Shown here piece by piece: positions 14,001-27,297 of a stretch of 64,000 nucleotides of DNA (position 1 is its first letter; each line of letters opens with the position of its first letter). The notes beneath the pieces were generated by a model. It ran no database searches. It was not told the DNA's origin and saw only the letters and a program-made list of their open reading frames with translations. Source of the stretch: Paraspadella gotoi (Eukaryota; Animalia; Chaetognatha); contig CM119263.1 of assembly GCA_051294375.1 (NCBI GenBank), positions 11,881,130-11,945,129 on the forward strand, given 5' to 3'. Made by a program: the position numbers and the translations under genes.

Positions 14001-16865
14001 ACATCACGCGGGAAGACAAAGTGTTCGGACTGCAGCCAGCCGCGTCGAATGAGAATGAAAGAAGGTTTTTAAAATTCTTGGCTATTAGATTAAATAATAT
14101 ATATGAAACAAAATTATTTTAAACTATGTCTCAAAATAAAAAAAAAGATTTTTTTATATTTTCTGTATCTCACCGGGTTATTTTGAATATTATTTTTTGG
14201 TCAACTATATATATTACGATTCTCTTGTGGCGTACCTTATATATATTTCAAATATGTCTAGAACTTTATTAATCTATGGTTTCTTGGTATTAATTACTTA
14301 TATGCTAATCACTTCCAAGACGAGTATAGATCAGAATGTGAGGTTGTATAGTCGCCTTTTTTTTATTATTATTAAATTTAAAATGCTAAAGAGTCAATAT
14401 AGATGCTTTAAGAATATCTTATGGTCTTTATTTTTTGTCTTCTTAGCACAACCGAGAGAAATACATGCGGCTTAGGCAAACGAAGTAGCCAGATCTACCA
14501 CATTGGAAATCATCCAGGTCACGGCTACAGGTAAGAATCATAGAGAGAGAGAGAAAGAGAAAATAAGAGAAAGTATTTTAAAGGGAGGTCGAGCTCTTTT
14601 TGGAAAATATTAAAAAATTCATTTGGATGGGTAGATATAAGCATAATTGAATAAAAACTTATACTAATGTTAAAAATTATAAAAGCTACATTTGGGAGTG
14701 AAGAACTTTTGCAAGCACCCACAGAAAGCTAAGCAAGCTTTTGTAACCTCGCCCGGTAAGAAAGGCTCCATTCATTTAAAGTCTAGGGGTTAACAGTCAG
14801 GAAAACAGAGGAGCAACAATTTCTATGTCGTCACATTTTTTTTTTAATTTTCTGCTAAAATTTTTTTTTAGTTTTCTTGAGGAACGACACTAAAAAAATA
14901 AACAAGTGATGGAAAAAGAATTAATTAAAACAGTTATCGGACCATTTTTGAGTTAAATTAGGTATCGATCGAAAGAAAAGCGCCCAGTTTTGTAATATAA
15001 CTTTTTCATCTAAAACCGCTCTCGAGTTGTAGGTACTTGAACTTTTTCCGAAATTTGCAGGACCACCTTGTATACTTTTTAGGACCTCTAGTTGAATGCT
15101 TATCAAGTAATATATTTATATTGTTAGGTTCTTCTTTAAAAACAAATTTACAAAAAAGCTTAGCGGCATAACCTACCAGCCCTCCTGTGCTTTCCCGGTT
15201 CGATCCTGTTCCACTGGCAAAGCATACAGTGCCAGTTAAACGTGTCATGAGGCGGCCACTGTGTTTCCGAAGCCCTCGTTTTGAGTTACCATATATTTTC
15301 GCTTTCTAAAATCAGGCTTTGTGGCGGTATATTCACACCGCCTCACGTCCACCATCGTTCAGCCAAATCCATTGGCTCAGAGGGGGAACACACCATCCCA
15401 GGCGTAGTGCTCCATCCACAGTCCTAATGACTTCCCTCTGCGTTGGCAAAGCGAGACCGTCCTAGGGTAACCGCGCCAGTGACTGGATGCGTCACTGAGG
15501 GTCGGAAGCCCCCAAAGCCAACAGTGAGATGCCCCATCCCAATGGGCATCACAGGCAACCCGGCTGTTGCCATAGCTTACCTTTCGTTAGTAGATTGGAA
15601 CGGGCTGCTTGCATTTGTAGTAAAGAGACTTCCGTCCTTCCTTTTCTCCTTCTCCTAAGTTAATAAATCTGCTCTGACACGGAAGCGAGAAATTTGTCGT
15701 AAATTAAACTACAGCCATGTTGCGCTTTCAGTCTTTTTCCTTTCCTTCGCGTTTGCGTCGTCCTTCCCTTGAATTTTATTTTAAAATATAGTATTTTCGC
15801 TACGTCTTTCCCTTCTAATTCATCTAGAATATAGTATTTTTTTATAATTATTAATTCCTTTTAAGTTTGTATTATTGGATGGAAATAAAAAAAAATTCGG
15901 TCTTGAGATTGCCCGTAAAACCTTATTCTTATCAAGCTAAGCTGTCAAGTACACACATTATCCAAAAATTTATTTCATTTATTATCTTATTTATTATATA
16001 ATCCTTTGTGTTTTTACAAGGTAAACCTAAGAAATATGCCTTATTAATTTTTGAATTTTAAAACTCCAGGGCAGACAGCGAGGACGAAGACGACACTCGT
16101 TCAAGACTTCGAATTCCTGGCGCGCCAGCGATTGCCAATCTGCCTCCGGGAGTGACTGGAACTCTCGGCAGACTGCAGATAAATGAGAACCAGGTATATC
16201 CGTAAAGATTTTTATTTCTATCTCATTCCATCTCATTAAATTAAAAAAAAAAAAAGATAAAGTGTTAAAACGTATTCTTTTCAAGCGATTAATTTCTCAG
16301 CAGGGTGACTGGCGACAATCTGTGGGTTCATCGAAAACTCTTCCCAGTCACATTAACGGTGGGAAATTCCTTCGATCTCATCCTCAAAACAATGGGGGTA
16401 AGAAAAAAAATTGTAAAATTATCGTCTGCTAAAATTTAGCCACGATTCTTAGGTTCGAACTTTATAGTGTATATTATATACATAGTAAATCAATCGCAAC
16501 TCGGTTTCCTATGTCTTTTTTTTTTTTAATTTGAATATTTTACTTTTAGGTTTACCATATCAACAGTCCGACGATGAAAAGAACCAAACGTTCCATTCCA
16601 TTGCGCAATTTCAAGAGATGCAGCAACAACAGCAGCAGCAGCAGCAGGTTCCTTTAGCCAGTTACATTACATATCCATTGAAAGCCTTTAATGGGAGAAT
16701 TTAAGGGAACGATTAATCATTAAAAATCGCTGGAGGGGAAAATCCGCCACATAATTGCATGAAACAGCTTTTAATTATCATCTCTTTCTCTGTCTGTCGT
16801 GCTGCTTTTTCTCAGTCTTTTTCTCAGTCTCTCTCCCTCTCTCTTCTCTCTACGTCTTTCCGTCT

Positions 16866-16926
<61 letters not shown>

Positions 16927-17006
16927 CTCGGTAACTTGAGTTTTAACACTGCATCCTTTCCTTTCCTTTAAATTTTAATTTCTCTCTCTCGAATTTCTCT
17001 TATTCT

Positions 17007-17098
<92 letters not shown>

Positions 17099-20000
17099 CG
17101 CAGCATTTATCTCGTATGGCTTCTGCTAACCCGCACGCATGGGGGGTCGGGTGTGGTTTTCCGGGCTCGAGTCCCCCTGGGCCCGGCGGGTTCCCGGGCT
17201 CGAGCCCCCGGGATCCTGCGGCTTCCCAGGATCGAGCCCACGGGCCGGTGTCAAGATGTTACCTCCGAATCTCCCGCCGGCCAGGAGAGAGTCGGACTCC
17301 TCGTCTTCATTGTCGAGGGAACAGGTAAAAACGGCGGTCGGAGGATTTGAGGAAAGGTGAACGGAAAGTTTGGGAAATAAGAAGAAGAAAGATAACAATG
17401 AATGGCTTTGGAAGGGTTGGATGGGAAAGGAATCAAGTAATGAGATCAGTTTTGGATGAATAGTACGAATAAGTAAAGGATGTAATCTGTAATATCGAGG
17501 ACCACATTGGCTGATTATATTATTAGATTGTAAATTATTTGTAATGTGATTGTGAATTCTTAGATTATGAATGATGAGTGTAAGAAATTATTAGACGTTT
17601 CCTAAAAGGTTTCAAGGTTTCAAGGCTCGGAAATTGAACTTGACTGCTAGGAGAATGAAAACTGCATATCAAAATATTGAATAGTGTATCATAAACATTG
17701 AACAATGTTGTACGTGTAAAACGTAATTTAAAAACTTACTATTTTTAATTTCTCAGATTTTGTATTTGGCCAAGTTCATAGTAATATTTTTTTTTAGTTT
17801 TGAAAGCAAAACCGAATTCCTCATAACAAGTTTATAAAAGAGAAAAAACTATATTTGTTATAATGAAATGAATTTATAATATTGGCTAAATATTTTAATT
17901 TTTAAAAGTTTTTAACCACTATTTTAACTGTTTTTTTAATGATAATTATTTTTATTTCTATCAAATTCCATTAGGAATTCCAATCTGCTTTCAAAATTAA
18001 CAAAAGATTTTATATTATAGGCAATGGGCTGATGCGAAAATTTAAATAGAAAAAAAAAATTTATATTCACCGGTTTAAGACTGTTCTTGATCTACATGAT
18101 TTTTAAATTTTTACTACGCTTTCCTCTTGAGATATTCAACACTATTATTAGATTAAAAAGATTAAAAATACCGACACATGCGGACCTTTGATTTGACTGT
18201 CTGTATTTCTCGCGATTTTTTCTATTTAGAACAATCATTTTTTAATGCGCTTTGGTTTCATACCCCATCATTTCTCGTTCATTTTTAACTTCCCCTTTTT
18301 TTCTTCCCCTTTTTCTGCCTCCTCTCGTCTCTTCCCATTTTTTTGCCTCCGGGCGAAGGTCCCCATTCCCAAAATGCCTTTGATGCGACCATCGCGCCCT
18401 TCCTCTGCGCACACCTTGCCCGGTCACAATGGGCAGGCCCCTCCTATGTTGCAGTCGGGAATGGCGCCCGGGATGGCGCCCGGAGCAATGCGCCCCGTTG
18501 CGGGAATGAACAGAATGCCCCAACCGGTAAAAAAGTCTAATTCGTTGAAAAATGAAAATTATTTTTTAGAAAATAAATAGCGACTGAAAGAGGTCAAGAA
18601 TAAGAACTTTTGTCAATTAAAAATATTTAAATCGCTTTTTAAGCTGATTTTCCGAGATATTTCGTGTGCATAACTAGACCCAAAGTTAGGTTTGGGCACC
18701 TCCCAAAATGAAACTTTATATATTTTTGGAAAACGTCCAGAACACAAAAATTTGCTCAAATGACTCTAAACCACAGTAATTGATTTTCAATATTAATTTA
18801 ATGAAAAGATCATTATGGGATGGTTTAACAGTTTATGTAAATTTTTAATACCAAAATATTTATATTTTATAAACGTTAGGATTATTTTTTTAAATTTTTT
18901 CATGATAAAACAGAATCCCTCAAAAATTGAAAATTTCCAACAATAAAAAATGCATTATTTAGTAATATTATGTATATAGTATTTTAACATATTTATGAAT
19001 AACAATGTTTCCTTAAACTTATAAATTTTACGCTAGCATTAGTCATGACCGTACTAAACTTAGCAAGCTTTAAATGTCAATTTTATACTTAATGTATTTT
19101 TGGAAGGCTTTTGCTTCCGGTGATTTACTTGTGATTTTGTCAAAAAGATAATAACCAGAGTTCGGGAGAGAATACAGAGAGATACAGAGAATACAGAGAA
19201 ATACAGAGCCATAATGGGTGCTGTTCTCTGCCTGTCATAGCGAAAGAATTGTTTTAACATGTAATAATTCACTAAAAGGTATAATTTATTCACAAGATGG
19301 CTTTTTTTCATCATTACCGTGGACATAAATTTAATTAAGTAACAGTTGGATTTCACTACCTTTTGACTCACATACATTTACTTACTCCTCGTTTTAACCG
19401 CTTTCAAAGAGCAAAGAGCCCCCAAGCACTCCCCATTCCACAAACCACTCTGCGGGAGCCTCAAAGGTTCAACCCAGCCCCACTACATCCCAAAAGTCCC
19501 CACACCACACTCACCAAAAGGCGGTAATTTTCTTTTCGTTTTTTTTTCTTGTTCTTTCCCGCATGGAGGTTTTCTTATAGGGGATCGGATTTTTATTTAA
19601 AACTTATGTTAAATTTGAGATAGACAGTTTTTGGTGGTAGCAGTATTTACTTTTTTGCCAATATTTCAATTTACATTGAGAAATCACTTTTTAAGACAGT
19701 TCAAATGAGATTAACACCAAAATTAAAAATATAGGAGTCAAAGGGAGACAGAGAGAGAGAGGTACAGAGGAAAAGAGTGAGTGGCAAAATTCATAAGCCA
19801 TTATGGGGACAAACAGAGGATGAAAAAAAATATAGAAAAATTATAGGGCTTTGAGGTCCGACCATCGGAACATCATAAAGCGACAGAATAAAAAGACAGG
19901 AAGCATTTGGGCAATACCCAAAATCGCGAAAAATGCTTGATTAGATGCTTTGATTAGAAACTGACGATCCTCTTGCACATTGCATTGCAAGTGCCTCGAC

Positions 20001-22146
20001 CACCATCTTAAAGTGAAGGAATCCCTATGGATTCGCCGCATGGACTATGGCCGCATGGCTATGGCAACTATTTTGAGACCGATGCATGAAACCCGCTCCT
20101 AAAAATATGAAAAAACTTGTTTGAGATTCATGGTGGAGTGAGGAGCCAGGGCTATGCCCTACATTTTTTTGCCCTCTGTTTGTCCCCATAATTCCTTTTG
20201 AAATATGCCTCTCGCTCACTTCCTCTGTCCCTCTCTCACTCTCTGTCTCCCTTTGACTCCTATATTTTTTATTTTGTGTTAAGCTCATTTGTACTGCCTT
20301 GAAAAATTATTTCTCAATGTAAATCGAAATATTGGCAAAAATTTAAAAACTGAACTTGTGTCCCCCATTAAAAACTGTCTTATCTTAATATATTTCACCT
20401 GTGCATAACATGTGTCTCTTCAAAATTTAGTTTCAATTTATTTTTTTTTTTTTTTGATCTCATGTAAGAAATAAACAATATATGTTATAAAAGATTTTTA
20501 TGCGAGGTTGTCTGTCTGTTTAATGTTATTGGGAAATATAAGCTTTCTTTATTGCTTATGTTAGTTTTTTCATAATAAATAAATTTATTGCTAGCTATGA
20601 AAGCTAGCGACTTCTTCTGAATCAACCTTGTATTCAAATAAAATAGCATATATAAAAGCACATTTGTAACTAAAAACTATATCCGATCCCCGCAAATACT
20701 TAGTATTAGTCAGTAGTTGAAAATTTGTTGCGTATTTTTTGTAATCTATATTTTATAGCGTTTATAAAAGCAGTCGACAACAATCTAAACCTGAGCTAAA
20801 AAAATTGTTTTCTCGATTGATTATAAATCAAGAACCAAAGGAATATTGGTTTGTTAATGATGTTTAAGTGTTAGACCACTTTTCTGATTCTTTTTTATAC
20901 TTAAACAATTTTTTACTAAAAACAAAAACCCTTATAGACATGGATAATTTTTAAAATTAAATATTGTTTTTTTTTATTCTTAGCTTTGTGCGGATTTGTT
21001 GTGGCCTGCAAAAAATGGAAAAAACATTCAGTTATGGACGATTATAATTTTTATTGTAAATTCAGGCTCTCAATCAAGGCTGTCACACTGTCTAGTTTAT
21101 TCACAGTATCTGGCTTCCTTATCAATGAAGTGATATAATATTTCAAAGAACGTTTCAATTGATTAAAAGAACAGCTCCGTTAGAAATTAGGTCGGATAAT
21201 ACTATATTTTACTTCACACTAGCATCTTAATACAATGTTATGAAATTGGTTCAACCATTATGAAATTATTTATTCATTTAATAAATATGCTAGCTTGCCC
21301 CTGACTTTGGAGAGGATATTTCAGGCTATTTCATCTTTGGCCGTAACCGTTTTAAGCAAAAGTAGAAGAAGAATATATTTTTTCAAGAAATTTAAACAAA
21401 GACCTCTGTATTATCGCTTGTGTAAGTAATGTAACTCAAATGCTTACACTCATGATCATTTTTTCAGTAATTCCCAATTCATAAGTGTTCGTGGAAGTTG
21501 TGATCAGTTCTATTGTTTTTACAGAAAACTTCTACCTCTAGTCTAAGTCTAAGATTACGAATGGTCACGATTTCTATGCCGCTTCGCTTTTGTAAAAATA
21601 AAATCATTATTATTTTCATATTTTTATTTTCATGTTTTAATATTCATTTACAGATATAATATGGTTTCTTAGTTGTTAGGTTATTTAAAAAAATGTAACG
21701 ATTCAAGTCTGATATATATATATATATATTTTTTTTTTTGACAGAAAAGTCAACCTGCGAAATACTCGGAGGAAGACAACGAGAAGGTCGACGACAACGG
21801 TTCGCCCGTCGACATGCCCGTCAACTCGGCCCGACCGCCCTGCCTCCCGGCTCAGAGTGCGCCGCCACAGAGCATGCCGACTCAGAGCATGCAGTCCCAT
21901 GGAATGCTGCCTCAAAACATGTCGCACGGTTTACCATCGCAACAGCCTGGGATTCCGTCGCAACCGGGCATGCCGCAGTCCGGAATGTCTTCTCAGCAGG
22001 GAGCACCGCAGAAAAATATGGCGCCTTTAAATCTGGGTCAACCAACGCCACCGGCGCCGCAAATGGAGGACGAGCTCTTTGAAGAGGAAGTTAAAAGGGA
22101 GGAGATGAGAAAAAGAGAAATAGAGGTAAGTTTATGTGTGTGTTTG

Positions 22147-22198
<52 letters not shown>

Positions 22199-25100
22199 GC
22201 CTATATAGAAATAGCAGGAATAAAAAAAAGTTTTTAAATTTGAGGAGTCATTGCATGCAGTGTTCAATTATTAACGAAGAAACCGTTGAATTTGGGTACA
22301 AATACAGTATATTTTTATAACGATGATATGCCGAAAAAAATCGAAATATTGTCAATATTGTCAGTAAAAAAAATTATTCACTTGTAAAGCAATTGGACGG
22401 TTCTTTATCAAAAAAGTTCTGTTTTTCCCCTAATAATAACTTAACCTTTCTCTTTAACTCTTTTAACGCTGCCGCCTTCATTCATATTCTTCAGCGCAAT
22501 CGATTGGTAAACTAATTCTCCTTTAGTTTTCTAAAAAAAAATTAATTTTAGCTGCGGGCCTCTCAGCCTCTGGGTTTTATTTTATTTCCTTATTGTTCTT
22601 TTTTTTTCTAAGGAGCGACAAGAAGAATTGCGCCGTAATTCCGAATACCTCCGCGAGATGGAACGACGACAACAGCGACGTTCCATGTCTCCGCCCGACA
22701 ACCGATCCGCCCATCTACAAGTAAATAAATCCCAATCCCGATTATTGGACGATTTTCTACAATCAGAATGGAATACAAATATAATTTTTGTCTGGGGGTC
22801 CTAAATAATTTTTAAAGTTTTTAAAGTAGTATAGTATATAGTATATATTATCAACGATAAAGCTGAAAAAGCATAAAAATATATTACATTTATGAAATTG
22901 ATACAACCAATATGGACTTAGTTATTTTGATGTAGTGATATTAAGTCACTACAAAATATTTATTGTAATATAATTATAGAATAGTCAATTTTCAAAATTT
23001 ATTTTAAAATGTTTTATTAATGATCCAGTTTTCTCATAGTAAAAGGAGGAAACTAAATCCTTAATAAAAATTTAAAAAATCAGATCAAATCAGATCAAAT
23101 CAGATCAAAAATATAAAACATGTCATCAAAAATTCTGATGTCTCCAGTTTCTTTTTTTTTTTTTAAATAAAAAAAAATATATATATATAAAAAGAGAGCA
23201 ATAATAGTTAGTGACTGAACCGTTCAATATAAGTATTAAGTAGTCCCTGAGCTCCGGATCAAGCTGTAACACCGTGTTTGGCGACCTTGGCGACCCTCTG
23301 GGCTAGAACCCCGGACCTTTGGATTGAGAGGCGAAGGACTTGCCTCCTGCTCCAATGGCCGCTGAGGAACCTTTGATAGATTTTAGTCCACCATAATGAT
23401 TATATTGATTTCATGATTATTATAAAACACCAATTTATAATTTTAAATTGAAAGAAACTATCAGGAATCAAAAGGTAAATAATCTACCATGAAATAAACA
23501 GTCGATAGCGCAATGTTTTGTTGCGGCAGAATACTCCATTTCCGACGGGTTTACACCCGCAGCGCGCGTCGATCGCCGGTGCCAGCGAAGAACTCTCCAC
23601 TTCTGGTCTCCAGATCCATGAACAGAATCCGCCAGTCTACCATCACCAGGTTAGTCGAATTTTTGGTGTTTAGATGTTACGCGTGATTCGTAAACCACTA
23701 TTTTTGTTTTTTTATCTACAGCCTCAGCCCCTGCACTTCGCTTCGCCTACTTCGGTACCTGGTCAACAGCATGCTCTGCACCAACAGCATCAACAGCAAC
23801 AGCCGCAACAGATACCGCAGCCACATCAGCAGATGGTTGTCGGCATGGCGACCGGGCCGCCGGTGCCGACCGGAGTCGTGAGTCCTCAGAAAGGTGCTAC
23901 AATGCCGTTCAACGGCGTGCAGGTGAGAACGTCCTTGTGGGTGCACTGGCAAAGTTACCAACGAAAAAAATATGTATTTAAATAAGAGTTTCTCCGCCGT
24001 TCACCCCCTTTACCCTCGACTCTTCATCTGAATAAGGTCTTCCCCCAACCCTCGATGACCCCCCGGCGCGAGCCTCCGTCCTCTTCTTCTCCGCCATTGG
24101 CCCCGGCCAACAACTCTTTCGTTGACGCCTCGACTCCACTGACGAATCCATACATGGATCAGCCCCGCCCGGCCCCGTCGGGCATCGAGCAGACAGAGCC
24201 GGTGTCGGACTCTCGATCCGAAGGTCGCCGGGAAAAGGGCAACGGCGTCGAGAGCGAAGAAGGGGCGCCGAGAAAGGGAACCGGAGAAGATTTGATCGGC
24301 AAGGACGTCGTTGGCGACCTGGGCAAAAAAGATGAATCAACGCCGGATGGCGCGCCGGAAGGGATTCAGTTTCAGGTTCGGAAGTGGGAGCGAAGGTTAA
24401 CCAGTCTTTCCTAACTGTCGATAAATGAGCACTCTTAGCTCCCTTCGCTTCTCTTTCTACCCTAGCTCCCTAACCGGTTATCTATTGCCCACGCCCCTCT
24501 CCCTTCAGGTTCGTCTCGCGCCATGCGGCGCCACTTTTGACGGACCAACGACGCCGTCGACGACGAATCAAATGACGACACAGGAGGCTGACGCTCTTGC
24601 CATGGCCGCTGCGGAACAGGCCGTCGCTTATCAACAAATGCAACAACAGCAACAGTTTCAACAGCAGCAGTTGCAGCAACAACAACTACAGCAACAACAA
24701 CAACAACAGCAACACGTTCAACAGCATATACAACATCAGCAGCAGCAGTTGCATCAACAGCAGATGCAGCAGCAACAATTGCAACAACAACAAATGCAGC
24801 AGCTTCAACATCATCAGCTTCAACAACAGCAACAACAACAACAACCTCAGTCCTATTATGCGGCAGCAGCGGCCGTTGCACAAACTTCGTACATGGATGC
24901 CCAACACCAATACTCATACGTAAGTGTAGGTTTTCAGGATGGCGTAAACACGCCTCACAGTAGAACAAGTTTGAGCCAACAATGTCGGATCTGCCTTCGA
25001 TAATTTAGCGGTAAGCAGCTAATTAAATGATAAGTCATGATGAATCTTTTAATTTGTGATCATCATATATCATAACATAAATCATAACAAAATTTTGAAT

Positions 25101-27297
25101 AAAGCTATAAAAAATCTATCAATCAATTAATAAATGAATCAAACAGAAAGAAATTAAAATATAATAATGTTACCACAAAAATATTTTTAATTTTTTAAAT
25201 TTTATTTCAATTCGTCTATCCAATTGTGATTAATTAAAATAATTATTAGTAAATATTTTTAAAAAAAATTAAATAAATGTGGCTTTTTATATATATATAT
25301 ATATTTAAACTCCTTTTCACTCGCACGATTCCATCGAAACTTTATTACTTTTTTACCCACACACCAAATTTTATTTTAAACAATCGATCTAATCACGAGT
25401 AATTGGAGTTTAATGCTGAGGGGGGGGTGGCATAATTTATCATAATTTTATATTCTGATGTGATCAAAATGATTTCCCAAAAGGGGTGGGACCGAGGAAT
25501 CTGCGAAAACCAGATCCGACTGAAAATTACAGTAGAAGTTGAGCTCTGAAAGAAACTAATACGAAAGATTTACGTCGTTTATTTTCCTCTTCCCTTTATT
25601 TCCAGATGTCCCAGGTGCCGGGGATCGGAACATCGGCGCAGATGGCACCCCAAGGCCAATTGGCACCTCAAGGCCAGATGGCAGCCACGGGTCAGATGGC
25701 GCTAGGGCCCGTTTCGCACGGGACCGACGACGCTTGGCAACGCGAGCAGGTGGCGGCAAGAGAAAGAAGTTTCCTCATCGCTCAGGAAATCCAAAGATTG
25801 CAAATGGTGCCTTACCGCACCCAGCAGGAAGAGGAGAGGCTCCGGTAAGCGGGCACAAAACTTCAGGCGCAACTAAAAACTTATTTATTTTATGATCTTA
25901 CATAGATACTTCAACAATGTTTATATAAGACATCTTCTAGTTTTCAACCTGTTCCCTTTAGTATCAACCATGCCCCATCATTTTCCATCCAAGCTTCGAA
26001 TAAGTTCGAACTTTATCAATAGTTGGCTTTTCCAAAGATGATACGTATAAGAAGTATTAAATTTTTCATATAGCTTTAATTTTGGCAGGAATTTGCTGAT
26101 GGAAGCAGATTTTTCTCAAGACGCAAGAAATCGGGAGGAGACATCAGAGGGAAGGGATGACGACGAGATAAACATTCAGGCGCAGGTTGGCTTTTAAACG
26201 GATTTGAACAAATCCTTCTTATTATGAATATGGGTCATGACGTCTATATATATACGATGTCGGATTTTATTACTCTTCTTAATATTTTCTCAGCCGAAAT
26301 ATTTGCCAAGATTTAAATACGATAAAATTTTTTTTTAAATTTACTTTATTTTATTTTAGTATTTATGTATTTTTTGTATTTATGTATTTTTTACACAAAG
26401 TATTTGTTGTATTTTATTACAGCGGTTGTATATACAAAGTATGGCTTCAAAATTGGCTGAGGTAAATTTTTATTCAATTCTCTTTTCTTGGGCCTACTTT
26501 TAATGAAATTGTTCGTTTTTTACTTCTATAATATGTTAAAATAATCCCATAAGTTTCAGGTGTTATAAAACTTCCCCTACCTTTGCTTCTCACTCCCGAA
26601 ACCCTTGCAACTTTTTTTATTTGCACTCCTAGAATAATGACGATTCCTTTGTTTCGAGTGATGAGCAAAATTTTCGGAAAAATTTGATCCGGGTTATTTA
26701 TTTAACTGCTAAAGAAAGAAATAATATAAAATATGATTATATTCCACTTTTCTAATTATATTAAGGCAATTATAAATTATAAACCCTGATCTTATTTAAT
26801 GCCTCTATTAGTGATTTCGCGAAACATTATCTTTCCTATATTTTCTTGAGAATATAATTAGTCGCATTAATTTTCTTTCCCGAAAAAAATTGTGAACCCT
26901 AAAAAGAATGAATTCACGTTTTCTTTTCCAATGTCAAGACCTCTCGACAACCCCGTTTGATTTTCCTGTACGCTTCGATTTCTTCGGCTGTGATAATTTA
27001 ATTGTTTTGATTATAAGTATAACTAAGTCACGATATTTTACGCGACAGGGTAGAGAAAAGATTCTGCAAATGATATCAGCCGGCTCAGCAGGGCAGCACC
27101 CACTGGATCACAATTCTCAACAAATGAACACTCAACGAAACTCCAACGTCCTTTCCGGCGCCGAATACTTGTCTAGGCAGCAAGTTGGCGAGCAAATACG
27201 GCACCAAAGGTAAATTAGTCAAATGCAAATAGTGATTTAAAAAAATATCTAGAATATGTTTAAAATATATTTTTACATTTACTATTTCTTTAGCTAA
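3476..27297 (+). CDS. AFDN: Afadin / AF-6 / canoe orthologue, 5'-partial, about 30 exons (RA/FHA exons presumably upstream of the window)
   Basis: GT-AG exons include 3476-3667 (LAPTYTLYLALR), 6503-6687 (ALSFWMANASELLHFIKQ), 6761-6901, 6987-7111 (AMSLLRRCRVNAALTIQLFSH), 7339-7525 (GLELAADCHLSRVMQ), 7904-8043 (FKLNSLQLR), ~8513-8725, 9849-10009, PDZ exons 10904-11853, then Pro/Gln-rich exons and the conserved tail 25606-26184 (AWQREQ...EIQRLQ...RTQQEEERLRNLLMEADF). Probable stop TAA 27295-27297. Several exons carry indels that look like read errors. Confidence 0.93.
4105..4202. repeat. (AAAG)n microsatellite
   Basis: Direct reading. Confidence 0.95.
5048..5840. other. Assembly gap (N run)
   Basis: Run of N. 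Smaller gaps lie near 12787, 32811, 35729, 37073 and 39107. Confidence 0.99.
6503..8043 (+). CDS. AFDN: Afadin dilute (DIL) domain exons
   Basis: Five exons join in frame through GT-AG introns and give the afadin DIL motifs FWMANASELLHF, RRCRVNAALTIQLFS-LFHFIN and LELAADCHL. Confidence 0.92.
9256..9440 (+). mobile_element. Helentron/DINE-1-like non-autonomous element, copy 1
   Basis: Starts TTTTTAGCCGGATCTG-cttttgg-CAGATCC (hairpin), has GTCC/GTCG microrepeats, and is homologous to 57719-57890. Confidence 0.55.
10235..10412 (-). mobile_element. tRNA-derived SINE, short type
   Basis: Minus strand shows B box GGTTCAATCC, core TTAAATGTGA.GG.GTCGG..TAAACATG shared with 44417-44624, and tail GAGATGCC..CCCCGGGTATCAC...GTTGCCATAA. 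Confidence 0.7.
10904..11853 (+). CDS. AFDN: Afadin PDZ domain exons
   Basis: GLSIVAAK / [32 protein letters not shown] / MTRTGQTVTLEVAKQGAIYHGLATLLSQPSP, the afadin PDZ and flank. Confidence 0.93.
12797..14530 (+). repeat. Second copy of 11131-12786 (afadin PDZ region), likely assembly artefact
   Basis: Begins right after a 10-N gap, is near-identical including introns, and differs mostly by single-base indels. Confidence 0.85.
15157..15575 (+). mobile_element. tRNA-derived SINE, long type
   Basis: B box GGTTCGATCC at ~15197; 15320-15575 matches 52446-52675 in inverted orientation; ends in the shared tail GGGCATCACAGGCA...GTTGCCATA. Confidence 0.72.
16870..17093. repeat. (CT)n microsatellites
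   Basis: Two long CT tracts. Others lie near 3030, 3862, 22150, 28575, 33300, 36745, 38010, 42740, 50053 and 51518. Confidence 0.95.
19580..20691. mobile_element. Foldback/MITE-like element with long inverted repeats
   Basis: Outer GGGGATCGGAT (19580) / ATCCGATCCCC (20681); ~215-bp inverted arms at 19623-19836 and 20159-20379. Confidence 0.75.
23213..23400 (-). mobile_element. Dispersed repeat with a degenerate tRNA(Glu-CTC)-like segment, copy 1
   Basis: Minus strand GCGGCCATTGGAGCAGGAGG...CTCTCAA...CCGGGGTTCTAGCCCAG..GGTCGCCA; homologous to 62216-62396. Confidence 0.65.
24637..24851 (+). repeat. Coding poly-Gln (CAA/CAG) tract in afadin exon 24509-24919
   Basis: About 70 codons dominated by Q, inside a GT-AG bounded exon. 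Confidence 0.9.

Noticed and set aside
11131-14530. Tandem duplication of afadin PDZ exons (double-PDZ or mutually exclusive exons)
   Set aside because: The copies abut an N gap, introns are near-identical, and differences are indel noise typical of gap filling.
15440-15575. SINE tail as a hammerhead or HDV-like ribozyme
   Set aside because: No CUGANGA...GAAA core and no convincing nested double pseudoknot by eye.
23279-23362. Functional tRNA-Glu gene
   Set aside because: Anticodon and D stems pair poorly, and the second copy has a different loop.
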